From positions 310,001-374,000 of the forward strand of contig CDRNST010000030.1 of assembly GCA_977016875.1 (NCBI GenBank): a DNA stretch of 64,000 bases, written 5' to 3'. Of the stretch, positions 51,640-64,000 are shown piece by piece (position 1 is the first letter of the stretch; the number at the start of each line of letters is the position of its first letter). This stretch comes from Pavona decussata (taxonomy: Eukaryota). Below the pieces are notes generated by a model. The model was given only the letters and a program-made list of their open reading frames with translations, was not told the DNA's origin and did no database searches. The position numbers were made by a program, and so were the translations under genes.

Positions 51640-54600
51640 ACAGTAGCGGAACTGTAATTGCTTTTATATACCGTAAAATACAGCCGACACGAATGGCACC
51701 GCAAGAATTTAGAATTTACTGCTTATATTTTTCTTTTTAACAGCCACACTTTAAAATTTCTTGATATCTACACACAGGCAAAAAAGTACGAATCATTTTG
51801 CGCAGCGGAATGAACATGCTACGCAATAGCTTTTCGTTTGAACGGTCTTACTTTGGGGTTTCGCCTGAGACTCAAACCTTGTACTGCATAATATTTAAAT
51901 AGTACAAATGAAAGCGCTTATCAATAGCTTTCATTTGAATGTCATACTCTAGGATTTCATCCACATACTCAAAAGTTAGAATTACTTTGGATATCAGAAT
52001 AAAAGGCTTCGCATGAAATAATACTCAATATTAATAGCTTTCAATTTTATATTAGACAGTTACACAAGGATTTAACCAGAAATGGCTGATAAAAACAATT
52101 TCAGTGGACTCTATAAAAGAGTGGGCTATTTCGAATATGATGTGATTGGCAGTTCTGTATCCTTTCGTAGCCAACGATTGAGGGGAAATGGTCATTAAAA
52201 AGTGAACATTTTGTTTTGAATTTCAATCGTAAACACTATCTAAAATAGTTTTCAATTGCCATGATTTTTGTCTTCTGGAACATCTAGCCTCAGACTTCTC
52301 GCCGTCGTTTTTTCATGATTATTGCATGCATGCAAAAGTCAACTTGCCTCGTTAAATATTGCGCGAAGATGTAGAAACTAGAACTCCTCAGTTGAGTAAT
52401 TGAAAAAAGTCTGGTGAATTCATTCAGTTACTGTCCCACGACTTTATAGCTTTACAAAAAACTAGTTTAACTTACAAAAATCAATTTTAACACACCTTTA
52501 TCAAGGACAGTAATATGCAGAGTACATTATATTAGGAGGGTAAACAAGTTTCTGTGAAGTGTACTGTTCTCTCGTCACAACCCTAACTGGAGAAGATAAT
52601 AAAACGCCTGTCTCCCTTAAATAACTAAGAAAAAAAAAACTTAGCTGCCAAAGGGGCAGTCACTGTCATGTTCCATAAGAGAAAATCTGAGAAGGCAAAT
52701 TATTGTTTGGAACAAATTCAGTTCAAACCATTTGGGACAACACCATCTTTTGAAATTTTCACTTGTCAATTGAGCACTTTAGCTAAAAACGAGGGGGTGG
52801 AGTACGATGTTTACTGATTACTTGGAGATACTCTGAGGTCGCTAAAAATGTACACTGATTGGTTTATAGTAGGTTTAACTAAAAGCCCTCCGTGAAGATA
52901 ATCTGATAAAAACGAAAGCAAATATGCTCCAGAAATTTGGAACTAATGCATTTAGGTAAGGTCGAAAAGTCTCCGATCTTTGCCACCGACATTCAATGAA
53001 ATCTACTTCTTCAAATCTGCCATAGGCCATGCATGTCAACATGCTTTTGCAGTTTCGCTGATACGTTCGCATAATTTAGTAATTGGCAAACTGAACTTAA
53101 GAAGGAAAAACTTTTACAGAGAAAATTGCTTCGCTTCCTGCGAAAACAAGTAATTTTTTACAGGCGTTTATTGTTTTGGGGTGTCTGCATGCTAACAGTT
53201 AATCTCCTTGGCAATCAATATTTGTCAGTGGCCTTAATTAGTTTTTTTCCGTCGATTACTTGTCTCGAGCCCCAAGCATTATCACTTTTCTTTACAAATA
53301 TAAAAGTAACTTTGTTTGGTCTATAGGTTTAAGGCGTGTCTCGGGTCAAAGAATGAACTGATATTAAGGTCTTCGTTTTTAGAAACAAAGAAAGAGTCAT
53401 GACCTGATTGTAAATACAATATTCATCTAAGATAAAGAAGGATTTATGCAACCGTTCAACGCCCAGTCCCTGTGTTTCGCGCGGAGTTTTCGTTTTCGTT
53501 TTCGATCTCGTGGTAAACTTGGTCTTATGTCTGTTAACAGTCGTAAGAGACACCGCTAATAGTTCAGCAATTCTTCAGCAACACAGGCTACGGTTGCACA
53601 AAACCTCCACTAATGTTAAGATCTTTTTTTTTTTTTTTTTCAAAAGTTTTTTTTGGCAAACTGACATGGACAGGTCCCGCCTAAGCCAATCGATGACGTT
53701 TGAAGCCAGGCCGCGGGGCGAGAGAAGTCCTGTGTTTTTCTAACAATTCATATCAAATACGGAATAATCGACGCACTCTGGTATACTCATCGTAGAAAGA
53801 GTACGTGCAGTGTCCACCTTTTTTAACGATCACCTGTCTGCCAATATCAGTACATTAATGCAACCCACATGGCAAAATTATAAAAAGCCACGTTCTTCGG
53901 TAATTTGTTTTGAGGTCAAGCTCTAATAAGGTGCTTACATTTATCACACCTACTGCTAGAAAACGTCTGCTTTTGGGTAGCTCAACTGATTCGTTTGACA
54001 CAACAGTTGTGATAATGAATGCTCAAAGTTTACTGAACATTTATGCCTCTTCACCTGTTTTGTTACTGAAACTTTTACAGAATTAAACATCACAAACTGA
54101 CGAGAAGCACTGGCATCTCTAAGGTTCTGTCTCCGCCTTGACTACATCGACCGAAAAACTGTCCCATCTCCGCTGTAAATATTTAATTTACATTATTTAA
54201 ACCAGCTCCCTGAAATTTTTAGCTTCTTAGTTATTTCAGGGAGCTGGTAAGCCCTTGACATTTCAAAATCTTTTCAACTAAATGTATGAATAACTTTTAA
54301 ACGGGGTAATAAAGTCTTGTTGTTGTTGTCGTTGTTGTTGTTGCTCTTTAAGCAGTAGTTTGCTCAGGTCGGCGCAAAGCAAGATAGATCATTAGTTCCT
54401 ACTCACCAACAGCGCTGAATATTGCTTGTTTGCTTTCTCCAGTTTCCAGTGAATTAAATCAATAGCAGAAAGTCGGCGATCAAATGCCCTCTGAATGTCA
54501 TTAATACTTCTTTTTTTTTCTTTTATTATTCTCTAGAGTTGTGAATAATGCCAAAATTATTTACATCAACTATTTACATCGGCTACAAATTACAGAAAAC

Positions 54601-54722
54601 CGCCCTGGAGCATCTTCACGAAATCACTAAACTATTTAGCATACCTCAATGACTAATACTCTTTCATCATTCAACACTTATAAATGAAACAGACACTGAT
54701 TAGCCTCTTATCCTTAAAAGCA

Positions 54723-55025
54723 TATTTAACAATTATTCCACAAGCGCGCGTGGGATGCAAGATGATAGATATAGCCAACGAGTCGCGCAGCGCCAAGTTG
54801 GCTATAATAATTTTGTATCCAACAAGCGCGAGTGGCATAATTGTTTCATTAAAACAACCACGAAAAATCACTAAATCCTGCTGATTTAGTAATATTTTCT
54901 TTTCTCTTTGACGCGTATATCCTTGTCATATTTCTTGGGCATGGTATAATTGCTCATATTCCATGTCCGCTAAACCAATCAATACTCTGGAACTGCGTTA
55001 TCCAGTGAGTCAGTTTTCAATAATA
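54723..55025. repeat. Interspersed coral-type repeat with a long terminal hairpin
   Basis: AACAATTATTCCACAAGCGCGCGTGGGAT...TATAGCCAAC..GTTGGCTATA...ATCCAACAAGCGCGAGTGGCATAATTGTT folds back on itself; a reverse-oriented remnant lies near 34940-35015. Confidence 0.6.
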
Positions 55026-55661
55026 AACAAAATTATCAAGATCAGAACGAAGTTAATTAGCTAATTTTCAAAGGTAAGCATATATATATCCTGGCGCAAG
55101 TGCTCTTTATAGTGTGCTACATTTTGTAGGTGGAATTAAATATAATGCACATTCTTTCCAATCGACTCACGTGCTGCGTTGGATTCGGTTACCTTACTCA
55201 GTTATTGGCGCTGTAATTTATATCACCGTGTGTCTTCATATGAATGGCTTCTCCAACTTTTTCTGTGCAATCGTTTTTGTTTCGATCACTAAAGATACGG
55301 TCAATCGAACATATCCTTATTACTGCCTCGGACATGTTAAATCTTGATGGGACCATTTTAGTTCATCCCATAACATGTTTCGTTTCCCAGACCAGACCGA
55401 CGCAATGTTTTTAAAGAGCTTTAACTATGTGTCAAAAGAAATTCAATTTTATTAATTTCTCCTTTCTCTTAGGTGTTCCCTAGTATAATATGCTATGCTT
55501 TGTACACATCGTTTAAGGGGATTCTCAATTCTAAATTAGCCCTTATCTGTATGAGAACGACGTCTTCGAGTACATCTTAGTGGTACGTTACAAAATGGCA
55601 AACACCAGGAAAATATAATCAGAGCCCAATTGGATTTGTTCACTTATTATAATTTGTCAAC

Positions 55662-55664
55662 GTT

Positions 55665-55734
<70 letters not shown>
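55662..55734. repeat. (TTTC)n microsatellite
   Basis: Direct reading. Confidence 0.95.
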
Positions 55735-55735
<1 letters not shown>

Positions 55736-58700
55736 ATCATCTATTTGTAAGGGACAAAATTACAGTGGCCAGCTTTTGTATAGATAGCAAAACGCGCAAT
55801 CATGTGTCCCATGCATAAATTTTAAATCTTTTTTATGTACACCACTACAAGTAGTCGGTTTCGGGATAGAAAGAATGTAGTAATTAAATCTAATTAACTG
55901 AGTATAGTTGCATTACTGTTCCACGCGTGCGAGTATCAAGGTCATTGCATGCTCGCTGGTGGCTGTAAAGAAACGCAGGCTCCCGTACAAACATCACCTG
56001 CTGCAACTTTCCCCTGTCCGCGGTGTCAAAAGATTTAATTTGCGCTTCACGCATCGGACTTCACAAAACCATTAAAGCAGAGCAAATTCGTCTAGTCCGG
56101 AAGACACTATGCCTGGTATACTAATCTCGAAGGGAGGAACGGGAAAGGCCAAGACGCGGGGGTGACAAAGCCTACGGGACCGTCCTCTCAAGGTCTTCTG
56201 TGCCGCTAGGCACAAAGGAGATAGGTAACAGATAAACGGCTGCTTCTTGTGTTTCAAGTCCTTTCGGTAAACGTGAAGTTTCCGTCGGTGACACTCCATT
56301 TTAGATCGGATAAACAGACAGTCCTGTTTTTACTACATTTTTCTGATCAAGGTATTACGCTGTTCCTTTTTTCTTCTTGCAAATTATCGGTGGTACTTTG
56401 CTTGCCTGCCTCCTGCCTCTTGATAGGATTATTTTTTGATAAAGGTGATTAACCTCTCAAGAGCTAGGAAATGGAAACTGGGGAATAAACTGCACGTAAA
56501 TACAAGCAGAGTTTTCTCGAGTTTCAGTGATCAATGCCTTTTGATGACGTAGAAGTCAGGCTTTAACACCAATATCTGAGGAATTTTGATAAGACAAGTA
56601 TAGAGAGCTTAACCGTCAAGACAAAGTAGGCCGCCTTCCATTAAAAACGTATGCATCGAGCAGCGGAAGAAAGGGATGTTTCTTATTCAAGAGGTCGAGA
56701 TTCATCATCCGATGTTTTGTCTTCTAACAAGGAACAATGGAGTTTTGTCATCGTTTGTGATAACATGAACGCGCCTTTTTAAGCCAAATTGAAATGAGTG
56801 AAATTCCTTGATCCGATACTCTATGAAACTCCCCAAACTTTTAATGCCAAGAGTGCCTAAGATCTTTATCATTCAGTGAGAAAATTATGTGCATTTGATG
56901 TCAGGGCTGGCCTGATGTTAAAGCAAGCTGAAAAACAAACAGAACCATTGGAGAGTCTGGCTTAATAACACTTATTTGTTCCACAACTACACGGTTTTTT
57001 AGGGGGGGGGGGGGGGGAGTATTTACTTGTATAAGCTGAAGTATTCGTCACACCAAAGTATGTTTTTAGACTGTTGTTGGCGTGGAAACTGGTATAAATG
57101 TTCTGAAACTAGGGTCTTCCGCCTTTAACTGTCGTATTTGATATACACTTTGCTCTTTGGCTTGAAATCCAGTAAAAGGGAGGAATTTTTTGGCATCAGA
57201 TATGAAAAAATGGAGGAAAAATTGATTTTTCGGTCTGAAAATGGGTTTAAAATGCGCCCCCCCCCCCCCCCCCCCAACCCCTGGTATTTTGAAAACTCAC
57301 TTTTCTTGTTTATCTAGCAACGCTGACTCTTGCTAGCTGAAAATTTTGCCAATCAAATGTTAAAGGCAATGAAAAGCAATGCGGTTCATGAGATAGGTGG
57401 TGTCTTTGAACAAACTTCTTGTGGCCAGTTCCCTTATCACAAGCTACCCGCTAAACCTCATAAAAAAAACTTTGCAGTCTATGCTGATAAAAGAGACTTT
57501 GAAACCATTTCAGCCTAAACTCGGAGAGCGGTAGCTTCACAACTGAGTGAGCATGCCTCAAAATTTACTGTGTTCCTCAGTACTCGAGCTGAAGTACAAA
57601 ACCATTTAGTTCAATTTCATTTCAAAAGATAATTTAAACGGTTTTAAACGAGGTCAGTGCTACAGACTCACTCTGCTGCTAAATATTGCCTAAAAGTGAG
57701 CAGTGAAACGAACTGAACCGAAGCTTACAGCGTTCTAACTATGTGTCCTTATGTTTATCATTTTTACCTAAACTTAAACTGGCTGGTAAATCTAATTGAT
57801 ACTAAATTCGTTTGCCTACCTTACAAGCGGTAAAACCATCCCTTCCGCAATCGAATGCTTAAAAATTTCGGGGCCAAGAGCTTTTACGCCGGCGAAGAGT
57901 ACAGTAAAACAAAGAGTTTGTTTATCCAAAATCTTGTGTTACAAAAATCGTAACAGATCAAGACAGTTCATACACTGTGCAGGAAGCACTCTCAAGTGGC
58001 GGGAATGGATTGGTAGCCGCGAGTGTAGTGGCGGGAAAATTTAGACGCTGTGTGGCATGACAGCGGTTGACTCAAGCGCTCACCCGCGCTCTTCGGACAC
58101 TGTCATTTAAAGAATAATTTCCACAGAAACAAGTTCTGAGGAACAAGAGAGTCGAGTAAGAATTTCGGCATTTAATATCATCTCTTGACCTTTATTTGTT
58201 TTGGGCAAACCACTTCTGGGATCAAAAGCTGAATAAATGTTTGTTATTGTAACTTACTGTAATCCGCTTTGTTGCATTCCCATCATACTTTGATACCGAG
58301 AAGGCTTTTAGCAAGGTCTATATTTAGCAGGTCTTAGCAACTAGGGGCAACTGTAGATTAGTGAGTAATCTCGATTCCAGGCTCTCTCTCCTTTGCTAAG
58401 TCGGTGATGATGTCATCCGCCCCTGCCAAAAATATCTGCAGGAAATGCCAGATAGATACCGGCGCGTCCCAGAATCCATCCTTTCATTCCGGGAATCAAC
58501 GTTGTCCCGTTCAATCTCGACTCCAATCCGTATTAGGAGTGCGTTCTTCCTACGTCGAACGCAATAAGGGGCACCGATACCCAACGGTTCGCTTCGGTTG
58601 AACCGATGTGATTGGGCAGAAGCCGTTAACCACCTCAGAAGTCCGGATTAAATTGTGACGTAAAACTATAGTTTTCTTCAACGCAGGACTGAACCGGGTT

Positions 58701-59093
58701 AACTTTCGAAACATTGGAAGACCATAGCTAATTCTGTTTGTTTACAGAGGGGCAAATATGTCGTTTAAGGTGCGAAATGAGGCCAGCTAGTATTTTCGCG
58801 GAAAGTCAACCGCCGGTTGGAAATTTAAGGAATAAGATTCTGTTTACTCAAACCTGCGTTCCGGCTGTGACTTGAATTTTCAGCTAAAGGTTCTAGATTG
58901 GGTTAGCTTATAAAAATGTGCGTTTAGAAAGGCGATAAAACGACCTGGGGACACGGGAAACAACATTTTAAGTATTTTGACTAAATCAGTGTACCCGTTG
59001 GGTGCCCATTTCAGGTTTCAAAGGCGTGAGACTTTTATCTTGACTTTTATCTTTTATCCGAAGATTTCCGAAGAAGTCTCGCAAAATAAAAAA

Positions 59094-59230
59094 GGAGAAA
59101 AACCTCTCGGAGCAGAACCAAAAACAAACTCAACCCACATATAACAACGATCAACGCCGAATCCGGGAATCGAACCAGGCCACATAGGTGGGAGGCGAGT
59201 GCTCTCACCACTGCGTCATCCCTGCTCCCC
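59094..59230 (-). mobile_element. tRNA-derived SINE, 3' truncated
   Basis: GGGGAGCAGGGATGACGCAGTGGTGAGAGCAC (A box) ... GGTTCGATTCCCGG (B box) ... GTGGGTTGAGTTTGTT...CTCCGAGAGGTTTT body. Confidence 0.8.
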
Positions 59231-61478
59231 TTGAATAATTCTGAAGTTCTTACGGTAACATAATAGTTACGCTCCATACACATGAGACCTTCAAAAGGCA
59301 GAGATTTTGGGGAAAGTATGGACATAATATATTTACTCATTTTACATAGAATTTTTGTTTCTCGCATTGGTTTGAGTTTACATATTTTTGAAAAGTGTGG
59401 CACTGAAGGCTGTAATAGCTCACATTTCTTAACCAGGCGTGACTGAATTGGTCCGTAAGCTTGAGCAGGCGTGAGACCCTCAGGCGTGAGAGTGCTAGAG
59501 TTGGCAGGTCATGAATATCAGTAGATACGCCGGACCAGAAATTTAACGCAATTCAAAAAGTAACTCAGTGTGATTAGCATTACATTACACTGATTACAAC
59601 CATGTCGAGAAGTCACAGTTTTAAATCAGCTCAGTTTTTAAATCCTTTCAGTTCAGTTTTAGTGACCTCGACGTTCGGCAGAATTGACGTCTCAGTACGA
59701 TGTTGCTTCAGTGAATTGAGAGGACGCAAATTCCTGGCGAATTTCTTCATTATAAACACTAAAGTATATACAGGCTGCTACGGAGTCAATTCGCTTCAGT
59801 ACCCGCCAAATGTACTCGCGGCCGGCTCGACTTTAGTAATAACCTTTTTCCCACTAAATCTGATTGTTTCAGTTTATCCCGAGGCATAACCACAAACAAT
59901 AAAAATTTACTGATTAAAATACCTTTTCTGCGATTAGACAAGCGGAGTTGTATCTGGCAGGCCCTTTGTATCACTTCCAGGCGGACTGGGAGTCTGATAA
60001 CTGGGATGCATATAAAATAATTCAGTACATGGCTCAAATTCATTACTGATCACGACTGCACTTCTTACAGCGCATGTACAATTAAGTGAAGGTAATCAAA
60101 ACTAACTTGTAATTATCGCCTGTAAACATGTCATTAGGCATATAAGTGGCACAACAAGAATAAAACAAACAAAGCGAATGGATTTGTTCAGTCCCTCGGG
60201 ATATCTCTAATAAACTCCACAACAATAGCATGATGCCAGGGCATAGGGCGAATCTAGCAAGTATTAAATCTGGTTCCATTTTTAAATGTTTAGAAAGTTT
60301 TCTTTTTTTCGTTTTCCTTCACTAAAAATCAGAGCATTTTACAATTTTGCTTGCGTCAAAGTCAGTCTCTTTTGTCTTTTCATTTCCTGATAACGCAAAC
60401 ACGTGATCGCATTAAGTAATGGAAAAGATCGTCACACTTTAATTAAAAATTCGGTCCACACAATTAATATAAAAGAAACTATTTTGAAAAATTCTTCTGT
60501 GCCCAAAATAAAAACAATCTCATTCAAGATCTTTTACATGGCCCGGCCCGGCCCGTGTGCCGCGTCTCACAATTCTTGAAAGAATGACAGACAGTGATAA
60601 AGACAATTTGTTTGTAAGCATGCTTCGCTGACCTCCAATTTTTAATTCAAACTTTTGCAAGAGGCGAGAACACATTTATTAATCTAGAAATCTATAAGTA
60701 AGAAACAGGAATATTATGAGGAAAGTTTCCTATCCGATCCTGATCCTGCCTTCGTCAATCCAATCCGACCATTACCCTCCAGGCTAACAAATCATCTTGG
60801 CCTCGACTTTAAGTCGAGTGTAATTTGAACCCAGGTCTCCAGTCAGCCAATCAATATGGCGTCCAAAAGCATGCGAAGCGAAGATGTGACAAAGTTGATG
60901 GCATGCCGATGTTCTGCTTTCCTCGAGAAGTATTAATTAGACCAGGTATGTATGCGTATTCCTGAAGAATTTAAAACAAAACGCTGCCGTGTGTCACTTT
61001 AATAGACATTTTCACTGTCAATTACCAATTCATTAACCTACCAGCCGCGTCTATTTCAATAGTGGCACTGCACAGCTAGTCATAAGCCCTTTCCAGACTT
61101 CATGAATGTATCTAAAACTCGGTGCTCCAAGAGTTAAAAGCGTTTCACGACTGACTCTCCGTTTTGGTGGTCCTTTAATGTTAAACTCGAGTAAATCATG
61201 ATCAATCAATAAAAATCAGATCGATTTCAATTCATCGATTTCCCATGATTTTATCGACGTCTAACAGATATGTTTTGTTCTAAATGGTTCTGGTCCAAAA
61301 TCAGGCCTGGGAGGCCTTTAGTTGCTATCCACACCAGCTATCTGAGCCCAATCCGGTCCGATTTATTATGTTTACACGGGACCAGACCCAAATTGATGTG
61401 TGTTGGATCAGGTAAATTAGTCTTCTCACTACCCGCCTAGATTAGCTCTAGCTACTTGCGGGTTAGTGTTGTCTTTGA

Positions 61479-62296
61479 AGGCCCGTTTACACGTTAAAAG
61501 AGAAGGAACGGCTCGGTTAGAAACAAGTACTGGTACCAGACGAAATCTCCCGTTTACACGTAGAAATTCTGTAATGTACCTAACAGAAAAAGGCACGGTA
61601 CTTGAGAGCCCCTTGGAACGGGTACTAGACCGTTTACACGTTGTTTTCTTCGAGACCGGTAACGATAGAGCCCGCAATAATTAAACAAAACTGCTTCGAT
61701 TAGTTGTTCATATGCGCTTGCACGTACAGTACACTGTGCGTATCTCCGACTATCATAGATTTACAAGCACTTTTCTGTTATCTTCTGAAGAAGAGAACAC
61801 GAAATTCACGTTTGACAGCGCGAGTGATTCTTCAGAGAAATGCCTCTGAGAAAAATGTACCGAATTAGGAGAAAAACAAGGCTTACGGTTCTCCTATTAA
61901 CAGCCCTTGTATCGCACTTCACAGTCGAACGGAGCTTGTGGCAAATTCCAAGAACAAGCGCTTGGTTTGATCTTAGCACTTACCGCACTTACTCTGACGA
62001 TCAATGGTATGCTAAACAACTGACGTGGAGTACTACGGGCTCAGAAAAAATGTAACAGAACGGTACCGAAAAAAGGGCGAGCGTTTACATGTTGTAAAGA
62101 AAACAAAAATGTGGGTACGGAACCGTTTTTTATCGGTTCCGTTCCGAAAGGGGTCCATAGCCGCCTATGGACCTTTTTAGGAACGGAACGGATAAGACTG
62201 GAACGGGTCAAGTACCGTTTACACGTCAAATTTTGTCGGAGCCGTTCGTCTTTTTATCCGAGCCGTTCCAATTTTTTCGGTCGTGTAAACGGCCCT
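61479..62296 (+). mobile_element. Non-autonomous Harbinger deletion derivative (818 bp) retaining the 5' tip of the transposase
   Basis: TGA|AGGCCCGTTTACACG...GGAACGGCTCGG ... CCGAGCCGTTCC...CGTGTAAACGGCCCT|TGA. ORF 61840-62055 (ERSLWQIPRTSAWFD...YSDDQW) parallels RSVRRCERNAGWWE...YDNSRF of the other Harbinger transposase. Confidence 0.85.
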
Positions 62297-63165
62297 TGAA
62301 TTTTATGTGAAGCATTTTTGAATAGACTTGAAACTTGAAGTTCTACTTACCCTTTTATGAGCTTCAGTTCACATAGGAGCAAACTGGTACTGGATCAACA
62401 TAAACAAGTCAGCTGTTTTTCTCAGGAAATCAGGCATAGGCGACAAGACACAGCTTTCAGACTGGAGTTTTATATACCACTGTTTCAATAAATATATTTC
62501 CACAATTATTTTGATCAAGGGATGGTGAGTTGCCTTAGGTGAAACCAAGAGTCATGCTAACCAAAGTAATGATCATTTGCCTTCTGATGTCATCGCTGTA
62601 CGTAGTTTGATATTTTCTTAATTCTCATAAGTCAGCTTAGTCAAAGCCACGACACAAAACATGATGAATCAAACTTTAATAGCACTGCTGGTCGCAAAAC
62701 TTACTGGCCTAGGTGTTAACACAATGCCAGTTCTAAAATTAGCCCCGCTTATTCGCATGCCAAACATTGCACCAGATTGGGAATGGATAGCTGGTAAGGA
62801 TAGTGGGTCCTGTGTGAACAAACAGCCTGTCTAGCCCAATTTTCAAACCAGATAGAGCTGTTTGTAACTAGTCCCGCGTGAACATCTTGGAACTTTTCTC
62901 ACTGGCCCTTGGAAGCAGCACCATGTAAACACCTGGAACACTTCAGTTTACTACGTGTACATGCAGCATGATTTAGGTTTCAAGGATGCACACATGTAGT
63001 CAAATCTTTTACAGTTTGTTTGCAGTATTAATAACTGATGCCCATAAAGCATATACAGCAAGGGCATGACAGGAGAAGGTGAATGGCCTTTACCTTGTTC
63101 AGCATGATTCTTGGGTTAAAGGCAACTAACCATCCTTCAAATGGCTTTTTGTGCCTGGTTTACTG

Positions 63166-64000
63166 TAGCCTCCCACGCAGTCGTTTTTAGGGGACTCGTA
63201 TTACCTCCTCCCCTCAAACGCCTGCTTACCCAAGCACCACATTCCTTTCCGCTGCTAAGCCAATCACAGTGAACCTTCTAAAATCTGGAAGGTTGACCTT
63301 GACCTCAGAATGCCTCTCGCGGGAACAGTGAAAAACATCACAACGGAGACAGAACTTGACCGAGCTTACGTGAGCTTGTAGCACCGTGTGCCCTACGTTC
63401 AAAATTTCTCGTGTAAATGCCTATCAATCGACTGCAATAAAAAAATTCGTGACGGGAAATAGCGATATTTTCGTCAATTTGCCGACTGGTTACGCAAAGT
63501 CGCTTTAATATTTATCAAGCTTAGCCTTCAATCTTGTCGACCTGGTCGGTGTGGAGGAAACCAAAATATTACCTGATATCTCTGTAAACTTTAAAGATTT
63601 TGCAGTTGAAACTCGCTTTGTTGTTGTAATTTGTTCGGGGGCATGTGCGACATTTTCCACAAGGACCACACGTTGATCGGCTCTTTGTCGTTTAACTTTC
63701 CGTTTAATAGTCTTTAATGAACTGATAAATACTGCAGATCTCCCCTTGATACCTTCTACATTCTTCTTTGCTTTCTCGAATCGAGTTAGTCTGTCGTAGC
63801 ACTTCGTACAAACAAACAAACATGCTCCAGAGTTTCCGCACCCGTAAGAGGCGATATCTTCACCGATTGTCGACTCGATCAGGCGGGGAAGATCGATTAC
63901 ACTTTCCCGAAGCTTTTGACTCTCCCAGCAGTGTCAAAACGTCGCACAAGAAGTGCTTGCATTCACATTCAATATTTGTTTTGGTGTTTCAGCCATGACC
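63166..64000. mobile_element. One end of a larger AcademH-like element, same TIR as 35806; runs off the window
   Basis: TAGCCTCCCACGCAGTCGTTTTTAGGGGACTCGTATTACCTCC is near-identical to the sequence from 35806 onward. Confidence 0.7.
63505..63996 (-). pseudogene. Decayed zinc-finger (zf-AD-like) TE ORF
   Basis: ATG at 63996 MAETPKQ..., in-frame TGA at 63936-63934, then ...DLPRLIESTIGEDI...FVCTKCYDRLTRFEK. Confidence 0.5.

Noticed and set aside
55630-55818. Phe/Leu/Ser-rich ORF resembling a membrane peptide
   Set aside because: It is a translation of the (TTTC)n microsatellite.
59140-59230. tRNA gene
   Set aside because: A and B boxes are present but run into a SINE body with no proper acceptor stem.
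59020-59512. hAT-like element with AGGCGTGAGA repeats hosting the SINE
   Set aside because: Only one plausible end (GTTGGCAGGTCATG) was seen; no partner TIR or TSD.
60082-60279. 65-aa ORF with a signal-peptide-like start, possibly exon 1 of a third paralogue
   Set aside because: No LamG motifs and no matching splice donor; not supportable.

Overview
Eukaryotic, AT-rich animal DNA. The MITE/SINE repertoire looks like a stony coral or other anthozoan (inference from recognised repeat motifs). There are two assembly gaps. Three host genes can be built from the sequence. Two are tandem, minus-strand, two-exon paralogues encoding truncated CNTNAP/neurexin-IV-like laminin-G type I membrane proteins that share a phase-2 intron at the same Arg codon: gene A (23312-23029 + 3123-684, 907 aa, SP-LamG-LamG-stalk-TM-long tail) and gene B (46817-46570 + 42235-38944, 1179 aa, SP-LamG-LamG-EGF-fibrinogen-like-stalk-TM-long tail, ending ETEL). 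The third is an intronless Rab30/19/43-like GTPase with TATA, Inr and poly(A) signals, nested antisense in the 19.9-kb intron of gene A. Between the paralogues lies a 10.2-kb CACTA/EnSpm element that contains a full-length but disabled Harbinger, two MITEs and a 135-bp minisatellite. Other mobile DNA includes a Tc2-like element carrying a HIRAN-like ORF, AcademH-like elements, a Kolobok-like insert, an RTE LINE tail, a tRNA-SINE and several MITEs. Most small ORFs in the track are noise.
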